DNA of 64,000 nucleotides. Source: Sphyrna mokarran. Taxonomy: Eukaryota. The DNA is taken from positions 8,742,001 through 8,806,000 of the forward strand of contig JAGIQG010000014.1 in the NCBI GenBank assembly GCA_024679065.1, in the 5' to 3' direction. The position numbers and the translations under genes were made by a program. The first letter of the stretch is position 1, and the number at the start of each line of letters is the position of its first letter. Under the pieces are notes generated by a model. That model did not search any database, had not been told where the DNA came from, and was given only the letters and a program-made list of their open reading frames with translations. Below, one piece after another: positions 1 to 12,270 of the stretch.

Positions 1-67
1 CCTTCACACAATGCAGTGATAAAAAAACTGTACACAGTAATGCAGCTGTGAGCTACTGAGGGTTTCA

Positions 68-1200
68 GACATAGAACCATTAGAAGTAGGAGCAGGAATA
101 GGACTTTCGATTTTTTGAGCTTTTTTCCTCTATTGTTTATGAACATGGCTTATCATCCGACTAAATGGACAGAACCCAGAAACTCCCTTCCCCAATATGT
201 TGATCCCCTATGTTGCAAAGAGTTTATTTAACTTATTCTTCAATATATACAATGCGTTGGCCTCAGCTACTTCCCGTGGTTTCGATTTCCATCGGTTCAC
301 GTGTCTTTAGGGAAGAAATTTCTCTTCATCCTTATTCTAAAAGATTTATGCCATCTCTTCAGACGATGAACAGTCGTTCCTGGTACCCCCAACATCGGAA
401 AATCCATCCTAGATCCACCTATTCTAGTCCTGTTGGAATTTTATAAACTTCCAAAGATCCTTCTAAACGCCAACTAATATAATCCTAACCGGCTCAATTA
501 CTCCTCATAAATCAGTCTCACATCCCCAGAAATCAGTCTGGTGAACATTATCTTTATTCCTCCACAGCAAGAATATATTTCTTTAGAAAAGAATACAAGA
601 ACTGCTCACAATATTTCAGGTATAATTTCACCAAGGTCTTGTATATTTGCAGCAAGTCATCCCCACTATGTACTCAATCCTCGCGCTATGAAGGCCGACA
701 TACCGTGTGCTGTATTTACCGCCTGCTGCATTTGCACGTTTACCTTGTGTGATTTGTTTACGATGACACTCAGCTCTCATTGCACATTGCCCACTCATTC
801 AGATAATAATCTGCGATCCCATTTTCACCTTTTTGCTCGTGTGTTCTATGCCTCGGCAAATGGATTAAGATATCCAATATGCCTTTCTAACCACTTTATC
901 CACCAGTCCTGCAACTTCAGGGATCTTTGGACATGCACCCCAATATCTCTATGCCATACCTGGAATTCTGAACATCCTGTCTGTTGTCTATTCCATTTTC
1001 TTGTTCGTCCTCCCAAAATGCATCACCCTACACTTTTCATGATAAGTTCCATTTGCTGCTATTCTCCTGTGCAGGGGATGTGTGTTCAACATCAATTGAT
1101 AACAACTGATTAGAACTTTTTCCGATACTCCATTGTTAAGGACATTAATATATGCGAGGAAGAGCAAGGTTTTAACATTTATTCCCAAAGAACAACTAAA
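68..1200 (-). mobile_element. Degraded CR1-type LINE, 3' portion (probably two fragments)
   Basis: It begins with the reverse-oriented tail catagaaccattagaagtaggagcaggaatagg. The minus-strand ORF 988-1188 contains EKCRVMHFGRTNKK, the CR1 ORF2 KCxVxHFG motif also seen in the younger copies. Confidence 0.7.
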
Positions 1201-1429
1201 AAAAAAAATTCTGTCTGAATATCACTTTTTAATTACTGAATTCGGAAACAAATTTTGATGACACTGAGGCAATTTCGTACGTACCGATCCTGGCTATTTT
1301 TTCCCCCACGGGCTCAACAGTTGCTCACAAGTTTATTGTGGGAAATAGTGCTAACTGCATTTTGGAACCTCATACAAACCAGCTCAAACTTACTTCGTTT
1401 TTGTTTTCATTATAAGGCATATGTACATC

Positions 1430-1640
1430 GCTGGCTGGTCCCAGTATTCAAGGCACATCACCTTTCATTTCTGAGGAAATTTGAGAGTCAACCAGGTTGC
1501 TGTGGGTCTGGAGCCACACTTATGCTATCTCAGGTAAGGATGCAGATTTCCTCCTCTAAAAGGGTATTGAAACAGATAGTTTTTTTTTACGATAATTGAG
1601 ACAAGTTTTGTGGTCACAAGTCCTGATCTCTCCATTGTTA
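1430..1640 (-). mobile_element. Old SINE-like interspersed repeat
   Basis: gagagtcaaccaggttgctgtgggtctggagccacac...caggtaagg is the reverse complement of the repeat core at ~16360-16410. Related copies lie at ~17840 and ~55650. Confidence 0.5.
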
Positions 1641-2068
1641 GTACTAATTGGGAGGGAAGAGTTCTTCAGATGGATGATGGTGAGCGAATCTATGGGAACG
1701 CCAGTAGTATCGCAATTATATAAAGATTAAACGTGGGCTCGAAGACACAACACTTTAATATGCGCTTCTAGTTCTTTTTTTCATTTCTCAACGTTTTAAT
1801 GAATTAATTATCATGGTGCATTATTCCTTATTTGAAATTGTACCTGCAAATCTGTCTACCATCTATCCCAATATGTACGTCAAGGATGGCTATTCCTTGA
1901 ATCTCTGCTGCAGATGTTGATATTAAATTTGATCTGTTGCATCTTGGAGAGCACAAAAACTTTCACGTGGTTAATTACTTCAGGAAATGGTTTTGAAAAC
2001 AATGGAATTTTCGTCCCGACATGAAATTCCGCCAGTTGAAGGAAATCCGCGGATGTAGCGTGTTCTAA

Positions 2069-2997
2069 CTAGGGACAGAAAGTTTGTTTTAGTTTCGCAT
2101 ATTTCTCCAAAATGAAAAATATATTCCACCAAGGGAATTTTGAGGAATTAAATAATTCTTTATGCAGGCAGATGTGTGTCGCTACATAAATACATTTTTT
2201 GGCACACGACTTCAACTGTGTGAGCATGTCTCCGGTTTCAGTGGCAATATATGCAGGAGATGTATAACCAGGTCTGAGATGAACAACCAGGCTGTTAATC
2301 CAATGAGTCACCATCGATGTCAGACTCAACAGTATAAAATTGGCCGACACAGCAAACAACAAAACAATTGATTTCCTTCGGCTCTCCATTTCTGGATCAT
2401 GCTGATTCTCAGTGATGGGAGTCCGGAGTCTCCTGCGAGCAATATTCGTCAGTACAATTCGCCTCACTGTTATGCAATTGAACAGCAATATAAAACCAAA
2501 TGGCATCAATGAGAATAAAACAATTTGCAATTTGAAGTACGTTCTCCCTGCAAGTGATGTGAAAAAGGCCACACTTGGGCGGAAACCCCATTGCACACCG
2601 TTCAAGATTTGTGTATGCTCATTTGAAAACCAAAACGGGATGTTCTCTAAACACATTAACACAGAAACAATGATTATGACATTGGATGCGGTTCTCACGG
2701 TGCAATATCTGGTTTTCAGTTTCTGAGAACATATGCCTACACACCGGTCAAATGTGAAGCCAACTGTAAACCACACCGACAAACCCACACTGGTGCAAGT
2801 CAGGTATGTCATTAGCTTGCAAACCACAGTGTAAGAGAGAAATGAAAATGGAAAGCGTTTTCTTAGAATTTGAAATGCGATTCTTTGGACGAGTGTGACC
2901 AGTAGATCTGCGGCTCCCATAGCAACCATATAAATGGACATACATTTGGAAATGCCACAGTTTCCTCGGCAGAGTGTCACTATTATCAATAGGTTCA
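2069..2997 (-). CDS. GPR139/GPR142-like GPCR gene A, coding exon 2 (spliced product about 332 aa)
   Basis: Acceptor cttttctgcctctttCAG ends at 2998. Phase-1 join G+TG gives V-N-L-L-I-I-V. Hydrophobic 7TM pattern with LCRGNCGIS, YMVAMGAADLLV, SVWFTVGFTFDRC, ILLFNCITV, DPEMESRRKSIVLLF and CIYVAT. Confidence 0.85.
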
Positions 2998-3699
2998 CTG
3001 AAAGAGGCAGAAAAGATCATTAAGAGTAAACGCTCAGCAACATCTCCACATCTGTTGCGGCACAGCGTAAAAATGTGTTTTTACGAAAAATTGGGATCAT
3101 GATTTCCTTTTACAATAATAGAAAAGCATTGGTGACATTGTTTCCCAATTAATCAATCTGAACACTGCACATCCTTTATGCATATTTCTTTCGAAAGCAA
3201 CAAATGCGGTTCTAATTCAGGATGATGATGAATCGGAAAGAAACAGGGGCATACCAACACATGGAAACACATACGCTCAACTCCCAAAGAATGGCGGGAG
3301 GATAGGGCAATGACGTGGGTGATCACATGGTGTCACTCGTCAGTATTTAGTCATTTTCTCTCCCAATTTGATTCCCAAAAGCAAACCCCGTTAAATTGAC
3401 CGCTAGGTGTCAAAGGGACATTAATGGTCCTAAAAATTCGGTCCTCCCCACGATGGTACACAGAGGGTCTCGAACACAAAATTTAGTTTCTTTGCAACTG
3501 AGGAAATTGGAGCTTAGGAAACTGTAGCTGGTATTTATCTCTTGTTTCTAATGGAATATATCATACTAAGGTTCTTCGCGGAAGTGTTATTTTTCAAAAT
3601 TAGACACCACATCATCTAAGGAGATTTTAGAAAGGTAGTTCAAGTTTCGGGACGGGAAGTCCTCAGGTTTGAAGGAGTTTCTCTGAAGAGAAAAGATGA

Positions 3700-4350
3700 A
3701 GAAGCAGTGCAGTTTGCAAAGAACGATGACAATTTTGTAATGGAGGCACTATTTTGGCGGAAGATAGCGGAGGACAGCGGGTAGTAACGTACAAGGTGAA
3801 CAGAATTTGTGTTGAAAAATGTCATAGATTATAGAGATTTGGATATCTTCAAGTGTACACAAGTCAAGGCGTGAGTGGCCGGACAGGGTTGAATTAGCAT
3901 GGTCAAGAGATAGCAAGTATTTGAGTGCACGTTTCAGCAGCCAGAACTGGACAATGTTTGAGATAATTGCGGAGGTGATAATGGCGGACTCTGTGCAGGT
4001 GCAAGTATATTGTTAGAATCGCATCTCGTAGTCAAACATTAGGCCGTATTTCAATACACTTCGGCTTCATTTCTTAACATTACTTGGCAGAGTTAAAAGG
4101 CAATATTTCGGTAACTAAGTTTGAAGCAGGAGCCAGATCGAATGGCTTCCTCCTTCCTGATATTTTAAGGTATTAAATATCATATTATCCAAGAAAACAT
4201 ATCAAATAAACGCACTGATGATTTATTAACAGTGGGGGAATCGAGTGAGGGGACTGTGTGGCAGAGCTCGCTGTCATCGGTGTACAGGTGAAATCATTTA
4301 TGATTTTGTTTGATGTTATGTGACTATAAATAGGATAGAGTTAATGAAAA
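3700..4350 (-). mobile_element. Old LINE reverse transcriptase fragment (L2/CR1 group) in the gene A intron
   Basis: The reverse complement of ctgtcatcggtgtacaggtgaaa (~4271-4293) reads F-H-L-Y-T-D-D-S, a decayed YADD motif. The surrounding sequence is heavily decayed. Confidence 0.45.
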
Positions 4351-4358
4351 AATGTTGA

Positions 4359-4925
4359 ACATAAGAACATAAGAAATAGGAGCAGGAGTAGGCCATCTAA
4401 CCCTCGAGCCAGCCCTGCCATTCAATAAGATCATGGCTCATCTGTAGTGGATCAGTTCCACTTTCCCGCTTTCTCCCCATAACCCTTAATTCCCTCGTCT
4501 ATTGGAAATGTACCTACCCGAGGCTTAAATATATTTAACGAGGTAGCCTCCACCACTTCAATGGGCGGAAAATTCCAGAGATTGTGTGAAGAAGTCCTTT
4601 TTCAACTCTGTTCTAAACTGACCCCTCCCCCCCCCACTTATTTTGAGGCTGTGCCCTCTAGTTCTGTTTTCCTTTCTAAGCGAAAATAATCTCTCTGCCT
4701 CTACCCTATTACTGTTCATTATCTTGCAAGTCTCTATAAGATTCCCCCCTCAGCCTTCTAAACTCTAACGAGTACAGGCCCAATCTATTTAATCTTTCCT
4801 CATAAACTAACCTTCTCATCTCCGGTATCAGCCTGGTGAACCTTCTCTGTACTCCCTCCAAGGCCAATATATCCTTAAGGAAACAAGGGGACCAAAACTG
4901 CACACAGTATTCCAGTATTGATTTG
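4359..4925 (-). mobile_element. CR1 LINE 3' end
   Basis: Tail aacataagaacataagaaataggagcaggagtaggcc. ORF 4709-4942 encodes [10 protein letters not shown]...LEGVQRRFTRLIP...YEERLNRLGLYSLEFRRLRG, the CR1 ORF2 C-terminus. Confidence 0.9.
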
Positions 4926-5169
4926 ATATTTATCACTGGCATAGAAATGGGACGATAAGCGATTGCAATTTGATCTTGTGATGTGATTAACTAAAAAGCA
5001 ATCACAGACAATCATATAATTGATCTGGCGCATACAGAAGCCATTTTTTACTTCCGTGTTTGTACAGTTCTCCCAATCCATAACTCTCATGGTCCGACTC
5101 CGGATTGTTTTAACTGAAAGCCTGTCGAATCTTTCTGATCAGATACTTGTGTGAAGCCAATATAAATTA

Positions 5170-5660
5170 TTCAAATTGACCTCACTTCACCATATTCGCA
5201 GGCAACGCAATGCACACTTACTGCATAAAACAAGCGTTTTTCTTCGTAATATTTTTCCAGATACTCGTTTAAACTTATGAAGTTTTGTCCTCGATGTTTT
5301 AACGACTGAGAAAGTTTCTCCCTATCTATTCAGCCTCTCATAGTTTTGAATGTCTCTATCAACTCTTCAATCAGTTGCCTTTTCTTTCAGGTGAGCAGTC
5401 GAAACGTCTCCAAATTATCTTCAGAGCTGAAGCTAGTCAGCCCAGGAAGCTTTCCTGAATCTTTTCTACACTATCTCTGCAGCATTTATATCCTCCTTAA
5501 TGTGTTGCGACACTAACGGGATGTGATATTGTGACTTAAACACGTAGTCCATATCCCCTTTACTCTGCATTCTCCTATTATTAAAGCGAAATATGTTGCT
5601 TTCTCTCGAACAGTCCCGCCACTTGCACGGGCGCAAAGGTCTACATTATTAATTTTGATC
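5170..5660 (-). mobile_element. Highly degraded CR1 3' fragment
   Basis: Recognisable remnants of the CR1 3' sequence: gttttgaatgtctctatcaa...ctgaagct...gtagtccatatcccctt. Confidence 0.45.
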
Positions 5661-6149
5661 AGAAAAATAAGCATCACAACGTTAACTCTCTTAACCCCTC
5701 GACGAATTTTCCCCAAGCATGAAATAATGCATTAACAATCATTATCATTCCTGTCACTCACTCAATCCCTGATTGCAGTGCTACTCTCATTTTAATTCCG
5801 TGAGTGTGAATCCTGCTCAGAATTCCAAATGTGCAGCATTTTATCAATTGGCGTTTGAAGGTTCATATACACCATGTTAAATTTTATGTTTCCAACATGA
5901 GAATGAAACGCATCAATGCCAAGAGCCACGTGATTGTAGTCAGCAACAAGGCAGTGCCGAGCGTGAGAGACACAACACTTGTTAAGTGTTCCAACGGCTA
6001 CAGCGAGGCAGAGTGCTGTGAGCACACGTTATTATGATCATGCAGAATGTAATTATTACTTTGAGTAAAGCCATGTTGTTACTCTCTCCGATGTTGAAAC
6101 TCTTTCGATCGATTTGAATATGTACTTCTGACTAATGAGGACCCACGTT

Positions 6150-6680
6150 GGAGAGGAAACAATTGTTCAAGAACATTCTTTAGAACAAATGAAGTTCGGA
6201 GATAGGAAATATGTTTAATGGATCATGGGTCCAAGTGTTGTGTTCGGTGGAGTTAAAAGGCAATGCAGTTCTTCAAATGAGTGATCCAGCTCACCAGACA
6301 AAAAAGCACAACTATTGATAGCATGAACTGATACGAGGAGCAGACGAAAAGATAGTTTTGTGGTCAGCAGTTTAGTTCGATTAAGATTTAGCGTGGATCT
6401 CATGGACAAGCTGACTTTTGAACATGGAATGATGAGGCATTGGAGAAACTAGACACATCTTTGAGTTACGGAAATGACAGTAGAATTTAAGTGCCTTTGA
6501 ACTGCGAATTTCATTCAATCCAGCATAGCTGATGGAGTCCATGGAAAATTGAAGCGATTAAAGAGTGAGGCAAGGAATTGATCAAAGATGGATTCCATTG
6601 TGATTTGTACGAGTGGCATCATATGACGCGAGAACCTAACCAGAAACATCCAGTACTATAATAAATGTTTCATGGGTGGT
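6150..6680 (+). mobile_element. Possible decayed Gypsy-type LTR retrotransposon pol fragment
   Basis: A frameshifted reading gives DEALEKL...IADGVH-x-KIEAIKE, resembling the RT thumb region (GI.PDP.KVEAI). The match is weak. Confidence 0.3.
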
Positions 6681-7530
6681 TCAATGATTCTTAATCTTCA
6701 GCAACAATACACATTCATTTATCACATATATCTGAACATACAGCAATTTGTTATGCTCAGAATTTTTTTTAAAAAATAAACTCAACACGATGCTTGCACA
6801 CACAATTTATGCACGTTTCTAAGTTACCGGTGCAGGTTCATTGTGTAAGTAATGGGATTTTACATTTTATCCCTGCAATTTACTTGAGACCAGAATCAGG
6901 GGAACAGTATTAGATGCAAATCGCATTCAATATCTTTCCTAAACCTTAATTCGAAATAAACCAGATCAAGTAAAACAATCAACTGAGATAAAGGAGCAAA
7001 AATGCGCGAGGAAGCTTCTCAGGAGTTGAACGGGAGCTGGTGGAAGCTTACTGTTTCTTTCCAGTTAAAAGTTTATGATTTTTTTTCTACAAATGGATTT
7101 CAAAATCTCTATCGATTATATGCATCAGCAGTAAAAAACACAACTGTACAGGGACCAATGATGCAACATGAATGATGGAAATTCATCACAACATTCACAA
7201 GCACAATAAAGGCTGGACAATACATACTAGCGTTCACATTTCGTGAAATCATAAATAAAACACTTTCTTCAGCAGGTCATTGAAACAACTCGAGTCTTGC
7301 AAAATCCGTTTCGCTACCTTTATTATAGTGACTGAAGCTGAGTCGGAATCTAACACTCTACCAGCCAAAAGAGGCTCTGGCCCGTTGCTTGATCTTCTGA
7401 GTTTTCTGCTGATTTTTAGTGCTTCTCTGCGGCATAAATGATTCTGCAAGCAAGAGTTTCTCATTCTGCCATATAAACATCAACACTAAAATATTCAACA
7501 TTGATTTAAAAAAAGAATATAAATGATTAC

Positions 7531-7600
7531 CGGGTGTACCAATGGCCACCAGCACGGGATAATAAATGTCGATTATCTGTCGGATCACTGGCCTTTCCAT
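7531..7600 (-). CDS. GPCR gene A, coding exon 1 (MERPVIRQIIDIYYPVLVAIGTP-G)
   Basis: ATG at 7600, 23 codons plus 1 nt, then donor G^GTAATC at 7530. It has the same YYPxLxxxGxP^G layout as gene C exon 1. The intron spans 2998-7530. Confidence 0.85.
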
Positions 7601-8819
7601 TCTTTGGAAGGATGCTTGTTCAATATTGCGTTTTCCAACTCCTACCAAAATGTAAGCGTTTTTAAGCGTTCGCCTTTACAGAGAGAGAGAAAAAAAAAAT
7701 CCACGCCCAGCTGGGTAAATCAGCTTACGCAGCAGCTGACTTTAGTTATCGTCACCGAACAAGCAAACAATCCATTCCACTTCCGTGAATTCGAAGCGAC
7801 GATGGATAAACTGCAGCCATCAATCCACACAATGCTGCCAATGAAATGCATCACCAGGAAGAAATCTGAAAGAAAATACAGCTCATGGAATGTACACAAG
7901 CGTGTTTTGTAAATTCGTATTTCCACAGGCACAAAAGGGAACAATCGATATCAGATCGAGTAGTCCTTACAGAGAACATTTTAAGTAAGAACATTACGCT
8001 TTATAATTCAAATTTAGACTTGGTGACTAATTCATGATGTCTATAGACAAACAAATTTTGCGAATAAAATAAACATAATATTAAAATCATTAAATTAATT
8101 CTAGAGACAAACAAATCACAGAAGATAATGGTTCAAGTATGAATAGAAAGAGCTCTGACAGTTACGAAATTAATGCCTGACTAGATAGTAACCATCAAAT
8201 ATTCTTAAAGTTTCAGAAAAGAGAGCCTTTTTTTATGGGTAGAACAAAAGGGAATTAATTACGACGCACGTTTGTGGCATAAACCAGTCTAAGAAGTTTG
8301 TGTGCAGTCTGTAACCAGAAGAAAAAGAAACACATGTAAATCGATGTTGACAGGTTAGTCAAAGAGAAAGGTGAAATTATAATTGACAATAAGAAAACAA
8401 TCCAGAAGTAACATGAAATGGAATGTCTGACGAAAATAGGGAGCGTGTATGTATCAGTATCAGGATTTCAAAACAAATATAATATTGGTAAGAGTCAAGG
8501 AACTACGTGGGAAAAAAATCCTCTGGACTTGTCTTCGAAGGGTTTTTAAAAAAGAGTTGAATATCAAGTTGGCAGATGTGATAGACTTGGTACTTCAGAA
8601 ACAATTAGCGTATTGAGTGGTTGGGAGGTGGGGAAGTAGGGAAGCGGGGAAATAAATAACGTAAAGATGAGGCAAATATTCGTGCCAGGCAAAATGATCG
8701 CAACTACCGTTAAGTGCCTGATAATAATAAAATTGTATGTCATAAATTCATTCAATGGAATCAATAAAGAAGGGGAATTGATCTGAAAAATAAAGTGTTA
8801 AAGCCCAGAGGGACACTCA

Positions 8820-10110
8820 GCCAATTTTGTCTTTGCAAATTGTCCTGAGAAGCAGCCTATGTATTACCAGTACTATCCTTTCTCCCTTCATCCAGTGCAT
8901 TCCTGGTTATCACATATTTACAAAACATAGCAATTTTGAATGAGCAAAAAGAGGTTCCTCATCTCACTTTGCAGAAATGCAAAACAACGATATTGGGCCT
9001 ATCGATGTTGTGTTTTCCAAAGCGGGTCATGTCCATTGAAGTTAGAGAATTTCAGATGCTTATCTTATACCTGTTGAATGGCGTGAAAGTTTGTGCCTTA
9101 GTCATTATTTCAGATTGCGACTTCCAGAGTCCTACCACCAACCGTGCGAGAAAAGCCCACACTTGTCTTTCAGTCAACTGCTTTCATTCTTTGGCCTTTC
9201 ATATCCAAATCAATGATCTCTTAAGTCAGGGATGTAGATCCTTCCATATCACTCATTCAACACCTTTCAAATTCTTCGAAGACACAGTCAAGTGTCCTAT
9301 CAGCATCCTCTGTTTCAAAGAAAATAACGACAGCCTTTCAAAACTACACATGACAAAATTTTCCAATATGGGAAACATAATCGTCAAAGTCACATCTGCC
9401 TCTTCAAGTACAATTACATCCTTTCAAAAAGGAGGTGACCAGAACATTTTACAATAACAAAGTTATGCCCAAAATTAATGATTTGCACAGCTCCAGCATA
9501 ATCTCTCTGCCTTGACCACCAAACAAATCGATTCAAAATGTCTCCTTAATATCCATATCAACCAATTACTTTCAAGGACCCTCGAGCATATGCACCGATT
9601 TTATTTTTTGCATTTCCACTACAACTTTCAGCATTCTCACATTTTTGAAACTGCATTTCCTTTGTCTGATTTCCAAAGTATAACACCTCAAACTTCCCCG
9701 GTTTGAATTCCATTTGCCTCTCTTCTTCCGATTGAACCAGTTCTTTAATGTGTCCCCCCATTCTGCAACGATTCTCCTCAGTACAATAAGCAGCCATATT
9801 TCACTTTGTGGACAAATTTCATGATCATGCCTTCTTCATCAAAGTCAAAATCATAAACATGTACGCAGCAAGCAGCACACCTCGAACTGAAATCTGTGGA
9901 GCTCACTGTAAACTACCTCCCAGTCACAAAAAAAAACATTCGCCGAGCGCCACACTTTTTAATTTTCCGTGCAGCTGAGACGAAGTGGTATCAGTTTGCT
10001 ATACTCCCCAGGGTTTTGTGTACGACCTTGCCAAATCTTTTGCAAAACAATGGTTATACGACAACAAATTATTATCCTAGTATATCATTCTTTTAATTTC
10101 CTGAAACAGT
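8820..10110 (-). mobile_element. Degraded CR1 LINE
   Basis: ORF 9558-9797 contains QSEEERQMEFKPGKFEVLYFG, matching CR1 WAExWQMEFNxxKCEVxHFG. Confidence 0.65.
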
Positions 10111-10119
10111 TTAATCATG

Positions 10120-10850
10120 TTCGTCGGACAAAGCCTACGTTCGACTAATATGGTAGAATCCTTTGAGAACATTGCATGTGCAGTAGTCAATGAGGAACCT
10201 TTGAATGTGGTGCATCTGAGTTCCCAGAAGGTATGTGACAACGTGCCACAACAAAGACTGCTGCATAAGGTAAAGGTGCATAATGTTCGAGGTAATGTAG
10301 GTGCGTGGATAGAAGATTGTTTAAACAACAGAAAACATAGATCGGTGGGGTATATTGATTCAGTTGGTTGATTCTAGAGTTGAGAGGGTTGGCTTGTGAG
10401 GAGTGATTGAGTAGACTGGGCCTCTACTTATTCGAATTCAGAAGAAAGAGGCAAGATCTTAAAGAAGCATATAAAATTTTGAAAAGAAGAGAAAATACAA
10501 AAGCAGGAAAGTTGTTTCCACTGCCAGGTAAAACTACAATTAGTGTGCAGAGCCTCAAAATAAGAGGAAGCAGACTTAGGACTGAGTTGAGAAACAACTT
10601 CACACACTGGTTGTGAATCTGTCGAATTCCCTGCCCAGTGAAGCATTTGAGGCTACCTCATTGAATGTTTTTAAGGCAAGGCTTAGATCCATTTTTGAAG
10701 AGTAATAAAAATCAAGGTTATGGTTTGCGGGCGGTTAAGTGGAGCTGAGCCCACTGAAAGCATCCATGAGATTATTGAATGGTCGAACAGGCTCGAGGAG
10801 TCAAATGGACTGCTCCTGCGCCTAATTCTTTTGCTATTATGCTCTTATTA
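10120..10850 (+). mobile_element. Degraded, internally deleted CR1 LINE
   Basis: GQSLRSTNMVESFE...VPQQRLLHKVKVHNVRGNVGAWIEDCLNNRK and RLGLYLFEFRRKRQDLKEAYKILK. The 3' tail is ctgctcctgcgcctaattcttttgctattatgctctt. Confidence 0.8.
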
Positions 10851-11729
10851 AGCTAACTCTGAAGAAATTCATGATTCCAGATTACTGAAGTTTTTTCTTT
10901 CCTGAATGACAGCTTGTCCTATCCCAAGGAATTAATTCCAATAATTTTCTCACTGACCTAGTTAGACTACTGACATATGTTGTATGATCTATCCTGACTG
11001 TCCATCTTTTAACCAAATTAAATATTAGAAGTCATGCAAAGGAGTTTGTCAACACCCCCGTATCGAACATGGAAACTTTTAAAAGATTGCCAAACATTCT
11101 TCTTTAAATTCTTCCCAGCTTGTTTTTACAGTTTGGTGTATGTTTCCTTTGGTTTTGATGTAATACATATTTTCAGAAATGCTAATCAAATTAATCTTTC
11201 ATCTATGTTTCGATTTAATATTTACAACATTTTACTTACTCCTATATAAATGCACTATCACTTTCACACAAAAAAAGACTCAGAACATTTATTATCCGCA
11301 TCCAGCGCTTGAGAACATAGGCTACTTTTTCAGCTTACTTCTGGGGCCCTATTCTTTATATTCTATATTACCTCTGATGTATTAATGCCACATTTTCGGG
11401 GTCCCCTTGATTTTGCATGGCAATATTCTGCAGTTTTGATTTTCTAACTCCATTTTAGATTATACCTCTTCAATTTCTGTGCTCCTCCTCGCTTTCCATG
11501 CCATTGAGCTCCCATAAGCGTTGGCTTTCTTTCTTAGTGGGAATAACATCATTGTGACATTTGTGTTTGTGAAGGTGGTGGAAGTTTAGTGGACATGGAG
11601 GGAAGTGGAGGCAGCAAGGAAGCAGAAGGTGGGGCATCCAGCATTCTAAGTTCGCCTCTGAATCGAGCATTTTCATTTGCCAAATATAAAATAAGTTGTA
11701 GATTAAACAGCAAACATGAAAGACCAAAA

Positions 11730-12270
11730 TGGAACATCACAAGAAACGAAACAGGAGCAGAAGTAGGCAAATACATTGAGATTATATTTCATTGTTCCTT
11801 GACTTCATTTCCGCCCCTGACCTGTTCACCAAATCCCATTTAGCCGTTCCTTACATTTTAAATATATTTATCTCCATCTTGAAACTATTCAATTATTCAG
11901 TCTCCATAGTGCTTTGGGAGAGCGAGTTCTATACATTCAGCACCCTACGCGGCGGTTTAATCTCTCCTCAAACGTCAACACTTCCATCCCCATCAAAAAA
12001 AAAATTGTGGTGAATGCCCTCTGAACTCCAATTCCACCAGATCCACTCTCAAGTAAGTCGACCAAAATTGGACACTGCACTTTAAATGTTGTCTGACCAA
12101 CACCTGATACAATTGCAACACCAGTTCTTAATTTGTTTTATTCTTCAGTCCTATTGCAATAAACAACAGCATCACATTTGTTTTTTTTTTATAATATGCA
12201 GAACCTGAATATCTACTTTCTATGATTCATGAAGATAGGTTGTCGCTACCTGAATGCATTTTGGATCCAC
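11730..12270 (-). mobile_element. Degraded CR1 3' fragment
   Basis: Tail aacatcacaagaaacgaaacaggagcagaagtaggc followed by decayed CR1 3' sequence. Confidence 0.55.

Noticed and set aside
541-1113. 190-aa plus-strand ORF
   Set aside because: It is the antisense frame of a decayed CR1. The same applies to 8936-9457, 25103-25654 and 51611-51950.
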